The notes under the pieces: generated by a model
The model's input: the letters and a program-made list of their open reading frames with translations, nothing else
Database searches by the model: none
What the model was told of the DNA's origin: nothing
Assembly (NCBI RefSeq): GCF_009914755.1
Contig: NC_060944.1
Source of the DNA: the human T2T-CHM13v2.0 reference genome, Homo sapiens
Strand: one strand, 5' to 3'
Length of the DNA: 64,000 nucleotides
Part shown: positions 47,739 to 64,000 of the stretch, one piece after another
How the letters are laid out: every line of letters starts with the position of its first letter
How positions within the stretch are numbered: position 1 is the stretch's first letter
Program-made: the position numbers and the translations under genes

Positions 47739-49217
47739 TCACTCGAAGCCAAGAGTTTGAGACCAGCCTGGCCAACATGGCAAAACCCTGTCTCTAATTA
47801 AAAAAAAAAAAAAAATGAGGCCGGGCGCGGTGGCTCACGCCTGTAATCCCAGCACTTTGGGAGGCTGAGGCAGGCGGATCACGAGTTCAGGAGATGGAGA
47901 CCATCCTGGCCAACATGGTGAAACCCCATCTCTACTAAAAATACAAAAAAATTAGCTGGGCGTGGTGGCACATGCCTGTAATCCCAGCTACTCGGGAGGC
48001 TGAGGCAGGAGAATAGCTTGAACCAGGCAGTTAGAGGTTGCACTGGGCCGAGATGGCGCCACTGCACTCCAGCCTGGCGACAGAGCGAGACTCTGTCTCA
48101 AAAAAAAAAAAAAAAAAAAAAAGAATCCAACAGAAAAAGGGTCTTCTTTTATATGATAAAGGACGGGCAAGCAGAAATAAGCAGAATCTTTGGATAGGAA
48201 CCTGGACGAGCAAGGGAAAATGAGGAGTGTAGCCCAACAGGACAGCATCCTACTGTGGTCAGCCGGTTCTCAAAAGAAACTGACCAGAGGGAGGCATATT
48301 CCACTGCTTTAGTGCCTGCCTGGTCAGATCTGGGGGTAAGCAAGAGTTGAGGGGCCCATAAGGGAAGAGAGAAGTCCGAATAAAGTTTGGTCAAGACAAA
48401 GCAGAAGCTAAGACATGAGCAATTGGGAACAGTTGGTCAGTTTTTACCAAATGAAAGCACATAGTGTCTTTGATAGCAATAGGTTGTAGGTTTAAGGAAC
48501 ACACATCATTCTGGAGGGTAACGAGTTAATCTACAAACCACTGAAACAGAGAGCCAACCACATTTTGAGACAGAAAATATGGAACTACTTCACTCCACTT
48601 GTTGCTAGTCAAAGAAAATAAAGTAATAATCCATCCCAGCAGTGGAGGGAAACGAAAGGGCAAAAGGGGGAAGAAAAAAAAAAAAGGAGAAATGCAATTT
48701 CCCATACCCATTCAAGCTATCTTTGGGTCCTGAACCACTAATGTTCCTCCTACCCCAGTTTCCAACCTAGCCAAACAGGGCCCCACCTAACAAATGCAAA
48801 AATTTACTAAATTTGCAAATCCCAACCACCAAAGAATCACCTTCCTATTGGACACCTAGAGGATATAAGGCAGGAGTCAAATCTCACACCCACCACAAAA
48901 AGTTGAGTAGAATTCACAAGGATGGATGCTTGGATACGAATCAGTAAAATATGATTAAAACTCAACCTAAACACTTCTCCAGGGGATGTGGCCAAACTGT
49001 GGCATGCTGGGGATTCAGTGGTCAACTGAACAACCCCAAGGTTCAGATTTTGGAGGGGAACCTGCTTTTAAAGAGCAAAACATGTTCCTTACCATGTTCT
49101 GCAAGTGCAGTCAACACACGCCTATCGGGCGCTGCTGGGATGCCAAGGAAGGTGATGGGAATTCAGAGATTAACCAAGCCAGTTCCTTCCCCTTCAGGAA
49201 AAGCCTCAATTCAGGGA

Positions 49218-49229
49218 GGAAACCGAAAC
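49218..49229 (+). promoter_or_regulatory. ISRE / Ets-IRF motif in intron 1
   Basis: GGAAACCGAAAC matches the GAAANNGAAA consensus. Confidence 0.55.
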
Positions 49230-49716
49230 CTAAAAGCCCCAGAACATCCTCTGATGTGGCAAGTGTTCAAGGAGCTGCGGTTAGCGCGGAGGGGTCCCGC
49301 GAGCCTGGATGACAGCAAGCCGCCCACCAAGGTCTGGGGAAAAATCTCCTTCTAACTAAAAAAAAGGGACCCGAGTCTCGCTTGTCCCGCGCCGGGGTGG
49401 CAAGTTAGTGAAGAAACCCACGAGAGTGAGATCCCAATCTACGACTGCCCCTCCCAGGTCCTCAATCCCGGGAGCCTGCTCCCATCCTACGAATCGCCTA
49501 TCCCAGGCGACCCCATGTCTTCTTCCTCCGCCTCGGGGAGTCAGTCCCGGGAGCCCCATGCCGCAGGCCCTCCTGGGAACCCCCGCCGCAGGGCTCCCTC
49601 CCCCGCCTCGGGTCTTCCTTCCCTCGGCGCCCCCAGCGCAGGTCCGCCCTCCCGGGTGCCTCCCGCCGCAGGGCTCGCTCCTCGGCCTCGGTCCTCTCGT
49701 GGGGCCCCCTCCCTCA

Positions 49717-50013
<297 letters not shown>

Positions 50014-50037
50014 TCAAGAACCTCGGCGCCGGACCCG

Positions 50038-50184
50038 CGCGCAGGCGCACTGACAGCAGGGCCCTGGCGGGGAGTCCAAGGAGTATTGGCAGCCTATTGG
50101 CCTCCTGCGCAGGCTCACTGACAGTTGAGCCCTTCGGGCAGGGCAGCCTAGCGGCTCTTGCCTTGGGCTCCCTGCGCAGGCGCA
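50038..50184. promoter_or_regulatory. NRF1-type motifs (50038-50049, 50106-50117 imperfect, 50173-50184) and two CCAAT boxes on the minus strand (50085-50089, 50096-50100)
   Basis: CGCGCAGGCGCA / TGCGCAGGCTCA / TGCGCAGGCGCA and ATTGG x2; motif match only. Confidence 0.6.
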
Positions 50185-51195
50185 ATGGCAGTCCAGTCGT
50201 CCTCAAATCAATCCCGCCAGGGCGCTGGACGTGAACGCGAAAGGGCGTGGCTAGAAGCAGAACTGAGGGCAGTGCTGGTGGAAAGGGGGAGGAAAGAGCG
50301 CGCCCGGCACCGCACCCCCAATTAGGGGCTCGTCTAGTGAATTGGGGGTATTCTCCTTCGAATGAGTACACTACCCGCCGCACCTTGGCCGGGTTTCAGA
50401 TGCCCCAAACTTAAAAGAAGCCTAAAAGGCCGTCAGGCTGCCAGCACCTTCCCAGTGAAGAGGAAAACAGTCAAGGTGCTGAACTGGAAGAACCCGGAAT
50501 GATTTCAAATGTGACTTGAGGGTGTCTTCATTCCACAGTATTGCTGGTCAACTAGAGGGCCCTGGGATACCTGTTGTCTGGTGTCCACACAGGAGGGGAC
50601 TTCAGACTTCTTTCCAACTAGAGACAGAGCCCTCCATCCCAACTGCATTCCCAGAGGAAGGAAAGTGGCCAGTCTGATTACTTAAAATTTAACTTCTGAG
50701 GACTTTTACTGCCTGGTTGTAACAGCATGTGAAAATGGCAGGCATTTTCCCATCACTTAACCCCTCTGCGGCAGGGCTCAAACTTCCCTATAAATACTGG
50801 TCCATGCAATTGCCTGGTAAAAGGACATATCACTATTACTGTTAATAAAGCCAACACACCTTCCCAGCAACCAAGGCATAGACCTGTTTAGGGGGTCAAG
50901 GACGAATGAGGCGGAATAGCTTATCATCAAGCAGTATGAACTAGTGGTCTACTGGTGAGCCAAAATATTATTTGCAAACAGAGCTTTACTGTGTGCCAGG
51001 CACGGTTCTAAGGGCTTTACAAATATAAAATAATTTTATATTTATACATAATACTAAATGAATTAAGTACATTCATTAAATTATTTAAATATTAAATAAT
51101 TTTTATAACTTCTAAGGGTTTTACAAATATTGTAAAGTTCTAAGGGCTCTACACATATTACTTCACTTAATTATCACAATTACCTTAGGATGTAG

Positions 51196-51531
<336 letters not shown>

Positions 51532-51989
51532 TGATGAAGCCTGTATTCAAACCCAAGAGATGTAACTTGGTTCCAAAGTCCATGGTCTTGATAACTTGCC
51601 AACCACTGCTTGTTAAAGGGGGTTTGGGGCTGGGTGCAGTGGCTCATGCCTGTAATCCCAGCACTTTGGGAGGCCAGAGCACTCACTTGAGGCCAGGAGT
51701 TCAAGGCCAACCTGGCCAACATGGTGAAACCCCATCTCTACTAAAATACAAAAATTAGCCAGGCCTGGTGGTGCATGCCTGTAATCCCAGCTACTCAGGA
51801 GGCGGGGGCACGAGAATCACTCAAATGTGGGAGGTGTAGGTTGCAGTGAGCCAAGATCTTCCCGTTGCACTCCAGCCTGGGCAACAGAGCAAGACTCTGT
51901 TTCAAAAATAATAATAATAAAAAATAAATAAATAAGTAAAGGGGGTTTTGATATAAAACTATTTTCTATTATTTAACCCACAATTTTCA

Positions 51990-52199
<210 letters not shown>

Positions 52200-54023
52200 T
52201 CACCTGTAATCCCAGCACTTTGGGAGGCCGAGGCGGGTGGATCACAAGGTCAGGAGTTCAAGACTAGTCTGGCCAACATGATGAAACCCGTCTCTACTAA
52301 AAATACAAAACAATTAGCTGGGCATCGTAGCAGGCACCTGTAATCCCAGCTACTTGAGAGGCTGAGGCAGAGAATTGCTTGAACCTGGGAGGCGGAGGTT
52401 GCAGTGAGCTTGGATCGCGCCACTGCACTCCAGCCTGGGCAACAGAGCGAGACTCCGTCTCAAAAAAAAAAAAAAAAAATTAGCCGGGCGTGGTGGCAGC
52501 CGCCTGTAATCCCAGCTACTCAGGAGGCTGAGGCAGGAGAATCGCTTGAACCTGGGAGGTGGAGGTTGAAGTGAGCCATAGCCTGGGAGACAAAAGTGAA
52601 ACTCTATCTCAAAAAAAAAAAAAAAAAAAAGAGTTGTTTTCCATCTGCACACAAGGCCAGGCCCCCCAAAAAAATGCCCTCAAACACTAGAGAACTTTGT
52701 GAAAAGACCTGACAGTTGCCAAGACTTGCGAAACCAAAACGGGATAAGAAAACAAATAGCATATGTATGAAAGACTTAATCTCAAGTCAGAAATGGCTGA
52801 TTTAAAAACTTGTGTTTATAAGACCTGTGGGGAAACCTGCCCTGACATCAAGGTTTCCTGGACAATAGAAGGTGTTATAGCAGGGTTTTTAGTTTAATCA
52901 ACTGTGTTTGTTCAAAGCAGCTGCTTTTAAGAATTTTTAGTTTTTTAATTTCATTTTTTTATTTTAATTTTAATTTTAATTTTTTTTGAGACAGAGTCTT
53001 GCTCTGTGGCCCAGGGTGGAGTGCAGTGGTGCAATCTGGGCTCACTGCAAACCTCTGCCTCCCGGGTTCAAGCGATTCTCCTGCCTCAGCCTCCTGAGTA
53101 GCTGGGATTATAGGCACCCGCCACGACGCCCAACTAATTTTTTTGTATTTTTAGTAGAGACGGGGTTTCACCATGTTGGCCAGGCTGGCTTTGAACTCCT
53201 GACCTCAAGTGATCAGTGAACTCCTGACCTCAAGTGCCTTGGCCTCCCAAAGTGCTCAGATTACAGGCATGAGCCACCGCACCCATCCAGAACTTTTATT
53301 TTCTGTTTTTGTTTGTTAAAAAGTATAATTTATTGCCATACTTATTATATTTTCCCTAATTCCCTACTTTCAAGGGGCCTTTGATCTTGCGCTAGGTCAT
53401 TAGTTACTTGTTCAGGGTCAACATGGCTGGTAAGGGACAGAGAGAGGATTCAAAGGCAGTGCTCCCTCGCTCCAAAGTATAGGCTCTTTCCAGTTTGCCA
53501 CTTCATTTAACTCCTCTTACAGTCCTAACGATCCTTTTCCATCATAATTCCACAGCCTGGGAACCAACACCCACTGGACACAGGCCCTGGACTCTGGCCA
53601 TAGTGAGAGAAATGACTGCTCAAGCTGCCCTCTTCTAAAGTCAATCTCAGTATGGTTAGGACTAGAAAAAACAATAAGATCAATTAATTTAAGGCCCACT
53701 GCCCAATGACCTTGAATAAGCCCAGCAAGCTTTCCCTGACCTTATCTATTTACCTTCCACCCAGCCAGGCAAGCTGGGCAATTTTATTTCTGGCAGCATT
53801 CACCTGTGGTTTTTACATCTCTTCACAGCTTCCTTTTCAGCCAGTGTTGCTGGTTCTCAATGCCAGCTGCCACCACCCTCTGCATCTCTGTTTTACTGCC
53901 TTTTATCATTTACTGAACTTAGCCTCCTCAAGACTTTTTTTCCCATCTGCCCAAATTGCGAAGCTGAGCCAAAAAAATTTTTTTTTAAGTATTGATTTTC
54001 TTACCTGTTAAAGATAATGCTCA

Positions 54024-54188
<165 letters not shown>

Positions 54189-55519
54189 CTACTCAGGAGA
54201 CTGAGGCAGGAGAATCACTTGAACCCGGAAGGCGGAGGGGTTGCAGTGAGCCAAGATCATTCCACTGTACTCCAGCCTGGGCACCAGAGCAAGACTCCAT
54301 CTCAAAAAATAAAATGAAATAAAATAAATAATGCTCAAGAAAGAAAACTTGAACCGGGTGCGGTGGCTCTTGCATGTAATCCTAGCCCCTTGGGAGGGCA
54401 TGGTGGGTGGGTCCCTTGAGCTCAGGAGTTTGAGACCAGCCTGGACAATGTGACAAAACTCCGTCTCTATTAAAAATGTAATAATAAAAAAAAAATTAGC
54501 TGTGTGTGGTGGCTTGTGCCTGTAATCCCAGCCACTAGGGAAGCTGAGGTGGGAAGATCATGTGAGCCTGGGAAGTTGACGCTGCAATGAGCTGAGATCA
54601 AGCCACTGCACTTCTAGCCTGGGCAAAGGAAGTAAGACCCTACCTCAAAGAAAAAAAAAAGAAAAAGAAATAAAGAACACTAGGCCAGGTGTGGTGGCAC
54701 ATGCCTATAATCCCAGTACTTTGAAAGGCTGAGGTGAGAGGATTGCATGAGGCCAGGAGACAGAGAGCAACCTGGTCAACATAGCAAGACCCTGTCTCTA
54801 TAAAAAATAAAAATTAAAAAATTAAAAAGGCCGGGCCTGGTGGCTCATACCTGTAATGCCAGCAGTTTGGGAGGCCAAGGTGGGCAGATCACTTCAGCTC
54901 AGGAGTTTGAGACCAACCTGAGCAACATAGTGAGAACCCGTCCCTACAAAAAATACAAAAATTAGCTTGGCATGGTGACGTATGCCTGTAGTCCCAACTA
55001 CTCAGGAGGCTGAGGTGGGAGGATCACCTGAGCCTGGAGAGGTTGAGGCTACAGTGAGCCATGATTATGCCACTACACTCCAGCCTGGGCGACAGGGTGA
55101 GATCCTTTCTCCAAATAATAGTAATAATAATAAAATTATAAAGAGAGAGAAAAAAGGAAACTTAGAGCCAGGCATGGTGGCTGGCTCCTGTAATCCCAGC
55201 TACTCAAGAGGCTGAGGCAGGAGGATCACTTGAGTGCAGGAGGTCAAGGCTGCAGTGAGCTATGATTGTGCCACGGCACTCCAGCTTGGGTGAAAGAGTA
55301 AGACCTTATCTCAAAAAAATAAAAAATAAATTAAAAAAGAAAGAAACCTTAGAAAACAAATGCACAAAATATACACACACACACAGAGCCAAAGGTCACC
55401 TTTTAGTGTGTTTGCTATCAGTCTTTTTGTGTTCATAGATGTAGAAACATATATTCTAGTTGAGATGGGTAGGAGACTGGCAATGAGTAATAATAATATA
55501 AATAACAATAATAAACTTA

Positions 55520-56520
<1,001 letters not shown>

Positions 56521-57858
56521 TTAGGGCTCCACATCTAGAGGTAAGAGAAAGCCTCTGCTCCTCCAGTTCCAACGGAAAAATTGCAAGGGAATGACTTCAA
56601 CAAGTTCATTTCAGCATCCATTGCTGGACCAGTCACTGTGGACAAGGTCATAAAATGATTGACCGAATCAGGTCACATGTTTACCCTTTGGGTCACAGGG
56701 AAAAGACTACTTCTAGGAGGAAAGGAATTGGCTTCGGACAAAGTTCCCAGGTATTTTTATACCCATTGAACAGACGAGGGAATGAAACTCAGAGAGGTAA
56801 AATGACTCGTCCAGGGTTACACGTGTGTGTTAATATTAAGTTCTTGGGGTTTCACCAAGATCTGCCTTGAAAGCTATTGCTCACCCCGGACGTGGTGGCT
56901 TGTGCCAGTAATCCTAGCACTTTGGGAGGCCAAGGTGGGCAGATCATCTGAGGTCAGGAGTTCGAGACCAGCCAGGCCAACATGGTGAAACCCTGTCTTT
57001 ACTAAAAATACAAAAATTAGCCAGGCATGGTGGCAAAGGCTTGTAATCCCAGCTACTCAGAAGGGCAACAGAGCAAGACCCTGTCTCAACAGAGCGAGAC
57101 CCTGAGGCAGGAGTATCGCTTGAACCTGGGAGGCGAAGGTTGCAGTGAGCTGAGATTGTGCCACTGCACTCTGCCCTTGGTGACAGAGTGAGACTCCTTC
57201 TCAATAAAACAAAACAAAATAAAGGAAACAAAAAAACTACTATTTCTCTTTTCTGCAACTTGAGCTGAGTACAAGGTCTGTTGCTTTTACATTGTTTCAG
57301 GGAGAGAAGCCATCTCGTCCTATAGAGTGTATTGTGACTCCTCGGGAGTGTCTCAGTGCTTGGGGTGGGAGTGACTGTGTTATTTGGAGTTTGGGATGCT
57401 CAAACACACAAGGAAGTGGCCAGACTTCCCTTAGGAGCCTAGGGTATCCTTGGGTAAAAATAAGTCATGTATCTTTCAATTAATTAATTAATTTATTTAT
57501 TTGAGACGGGATCTCACTCTGTTGCCCTGGCTGGAGTGCAGCAGTGTGAACGCAGCTCACTGCAACCTCAACCTCCTAAGGCTCAAGTGATCCACCTACC
57601 TCAGTCTTCTGAGTAGCTGAGACCACAGGCACACACCACCTCACCCAGCTAATTTTTACAAATTTTTTGTAGAAACGGGCGTCTCACTTTGTTGCCCAGG
57701 CTGGTCTTAAACTCCCAAGCTAAAGCAATCCTCCTACTTCACCCTCTCAAAGTGCTGGAATTGCAAGCATGAGCCACCATGCCTGGCCTAGATCCTTTTA
57801 AAAGTCATTGCTAAGAGTCGTTTATAACTCATATTTCAAACATAGCACAGATTCCTAA

Positions 57859-58113
<255 letters not shown>

Positions 58114-58384
58114 TGATCTGCCCACCTCGGCCTCCCAAAGTGGTGGGATTACAGGCGCGACCCATTGCGCCCGGCCTGAGCCACCGTGCCTGGCCAGCGA
58201 GTCTTAATCCCACATAAATTTGCTTGAGATCCCCTGTGTTACAACAAAAGGGGAATTTGCCATCCTAAAACCATTAGAAGAGGTTTATGAAGAAGCAATC
58301 ACTATGGAAAGACCTTAGGCCTTTGATGAGTATATTCAGCCATTTGGTCAACCAACCAAAAAGTCTACCCTATCTTTGTACTTC

Positions 58385-59067
<683 letters not shown>

Positions 59068-59760
59068 CTTCCACCTACATGAGCCAGTAAAATTTCCTTC
59101 ATTTGAAGCCAGCATTATTTGAATTTTCTCTTGTTTGTGTGTATGTTGAATTTTTAGATTTTTTTTTCTCCTTTATAACTGACAGCATCCCTGAGACACT
59201 TTGCAACTCCAATATCTGACACTCAGCTCCAGGTACCCAGTGTTATCTGGCTGGCTTTCCCCTTGTAGTGACACTTGTATGCAGTCCAGTCTACTCCAAT
59301 TCCTCATCATCTCACGTCCTACTGTCTCTAGTGAGTAGCACTGTCCATCAGCCAAGCTCACAAAGATCCTTTCCTCTGAGAAATTCCTTGTTTCTCCCTG
59401 AGTGGACCCACAGCATTATGGACTGAACTGTGACCTCTCTGTCCCCTGCATTCATATGCTGAAGCACCAGACCTCAATATCACTATATTTGGAGACAGGG
59501 CCTGTAAGGAGGTAATTAAGGTTAAATGAGACGAATAGGGTAGGATTCTGGTAGGAGCAGTGTCCTTTTAAGATGAACGGACACCAGAGATCTTTCTTTT
59601 CCTGCTCACACACCAAAGAGAGGCCATGGGAGGACACGGCAAGAAGGCAGCCTTCTGCAAATCAGGAAGAGAGGCCTCACCAGGAACCAGCCTTGCTGGC
59701 CCCTGATCTTGTAATTCCGGCCTCCAGAACTGTGAAAAAATACATTCCTCTTGTTTGAGC

Positions 59761-61516
<1,756 letters not shown>

Positions 61517-61640
61517 AAACCACCCAATCTGTGATATTTTGTTATGGTGGTCCTAACAGAGGAATCATGTGTATACTACCATGTGTGTGCCATGCAATGT
61601 CCACTCCTGAGTTGATGCTCTAAAGTTGGACGTTTTGACT

Positions 61641-62560
61641 CAGTGGTTCCCAAACTTTGGGCCCCAGGCTTCTGAGGCATTATGGAGCTCATTATTACCG
61701 GGAGCCCCTGTATGTTTAAGGATCTGATGCAGGTTGGGCGCAGTCGCTGACACCTGCAACCCCAGCACTTTGGGAGCCCAATCCAGGTGGATTGCTGGGA
61801 GCCCAAGGCAGGTGGATTGCCAGGAGTTTGAGACCAGCCTGGCCAGCATGGTGAAACCCCATCTCTACTAAAAATATAAAAATTAGTTGGGCATGGTGGT
61901 GCACGCTTGTAATCCCAGATATTCCGGAGGCTGAGGCACAAGAATCGCTTAAACCCAGGAGGCAGAGGTTGCAGTGAGCCAAGATCTCATCACTGCACGC
62001 CAGCCTGGTGACAGAATGAGATGCTGACATAAAAAAAAAAAAAAAGATATGAAAAAGATATGATCCAAAATAAAGTCCCACACATACTTAATCTATTTCT
62101 TCATGCTAAGTGTGCTATTATTATTAACAATATACACATTGATTCAAGTGTTAAGGAAGGCTTTGATCACTTTCTAACATTCCTTTCTCAAAGGTAAATA
62201 TGTTGCTTGCATGGTGATCCTTACCTTGACCCCTGTGCCAAGACCTGAAGTTATTCCTTGCTTGGGACCTGGTTATCACTGTGATTCAGAAGCAAAGGAA
62301 CAGTAGTTTCAGAATTTCTCTAATTCTAGCTCTGATCCTTATTTGAGAGAGAAATAAATAATTTCTCCAGTTCCTTAAAACTAGTAACCTAGGTGGGACT
62401 GGAAGATTGATCTTTGAAGCTGCATTTGTGTAACATGCATATTCTGTTTACCTACATTGCAACTTCGAGCAGACCAATAAACATAGTAATGTTGAAGATG
62501 ATCTTATTCACAGTTTTTACAAGACTGAGAACACCTTGGTTATTATTCACATTAAAGAGG
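61641..62560. mobile_element. Possible hAT-Charlie fossil interrupted by an Alu
   Basis: Starts CAGTGGTTCCCAAACTT, a hAT-type terminus; remainder not confidently assigned. Confidence 0.3.
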
Positions 62561-62734
62561 AGTAGGCCGGGCGCAGTGGCTCACACCTGTAATCCCAGCA
62601 TTTTGGGAGGCCAAGGTGGGTGGAACACGAAGTCAGGAGTGCGAGATCAGCCTGGCCAACGTGGTGAAACCCCATCCCTACTAAAAATACAAAAATCAGC
62701 CTGGCATGGTGGTATGCACCTGTAGTCCCAGCTA

Positions 62735-63071
<337 letters not shown>

Positions 63072-63744
63072 TTAGGGAGGTCACAGTAAAGGTGAGGAGT
63101 TGGGGGCTCCCAGAAGACGATTAGGGAGAGAAGGTGCGGAAGACAAGGAGCAGCAAGGAGAGAGCCATAAGATTGTGTAAAGGGAGAAGATTCACTGGAA
63201 CACATTCTCCACCCCTAGAAAGGTTGGTTGTGATAAAAATCCTTCAACAAGCTGAGTTTCTTCTGTGTGTGATAGGGGTGAGAAGGAAGATTTACTCCAA
63301 AACAGAGATAACAAATGAAGATGTTTCCAGGACAAAGGAAGACAAGCTTGAGAAAGAAAGAAGACGGCCTGGGAATTCCCAAAATATGGGGGATACTTAT
63401 AGAAATCTGAGTCAGCCCAAGACTGTTATCAAAAGACACAGTGTAGGCCGTGTGCAATGGTTCACGCCTGTAATCCCAGCACTTTGAGAATCCGAGGTAG
63501 GAGGATTCGTTGATCCCAGGAGTTTGGAGACCAGCCTGGGCTACATAAGGAGACCCTGTCTCTACAAAAAATAAAATTAGACAGGTGGCGGTGCATGCCT
63601 GTGGTCCCAGCTACTCAGGAGGCTGAGGTGGGAGGATCACTTGAGCCCAGGAGGTTGAGGCTGCAATGAGCTATGATTGCACTACTGCACACCAGCCTGG
63701 GTGCCAGAGTGAAATGCTGTCTCAAAAAAAAAAAAAAAAAAAGT

Positions 63745-63920
63745 GGGCCTGTGAAACCACAGCGCTTGGCTTTGAATCCTAATGTGAACTTGGGCAAGTT
63801 ACTTAAAAACTCTTGAGCTTTAATTTCTTCATCTGTAAAATTGAAATAATGGCTTTATTATAGAGTGTTATGAGAATTGAGCCTGGCACATAGAAAATCT
63901 GAATACATGTGAGATATAGT
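63745..63920 (+). mobile_element. MIR fragment
   Basis: TGTGAACTTGGGCAAGTTACTTAA...TTTCTTCATCTGTAAAAT...GCCTGGCACATAG. Confidence 0.65.
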
Positions 63921-64000
63921 TATTATAAAAAGTATGCTTGCGTCCAGGCAGGGTGGCTCACGCCTCTAATCCCAGCACTTTGAGAGGCTGAGGTGGGTGG

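Overview
Human (primate) genomic DNA, not microbial. The window holds most of SAMHD1 (dNTP triphosphohydrolase, retroviral restriction factor, Aicardi-Goutieres gene) on the minus strand. I mapped coding exons 1-13 base by base between 49986 and 2539. All have GT-AG boundaries, and they splice into 1503 nt (codons 1-501). The exon translations I read match the human protein as I recall it. Exons 14-16 lie beyond the left edge. A CpG-island promoter sits at about 49.25-50.45 kb, followed by about 13.5 kb of upstream intergenic DNA. The rest is mostly interspersed repeats: roughly 110 Alu copies or fragments by eye (about half the window), old L1/L2/MIR pieces, MER3 and Tigger2-type DNA transposons, and an LTR cluster at 58.4-61.6 kb. 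Almost all ORFs in the supplied track are Alu-derived artefacts. I see no new protein-coding system. The most notable non-obvious features are: a composite VNTR in intron 1 (identical 36-bp units separated by variable TG tracts) next to a 54-bp duplication and an IRF motif; three ISRE/Ets-IRF motifs in intron 1; a degenerate ~67-bp triplication in the promoter carrying NRF1-type sites; a tailless BC200 retrocopy; a CTCF-like site with upstream motif; nested LTR insertions; and many small templated insertions or duplications. Repeat family names are from recognition, not from a database search, and repeat boundaries are approximate.
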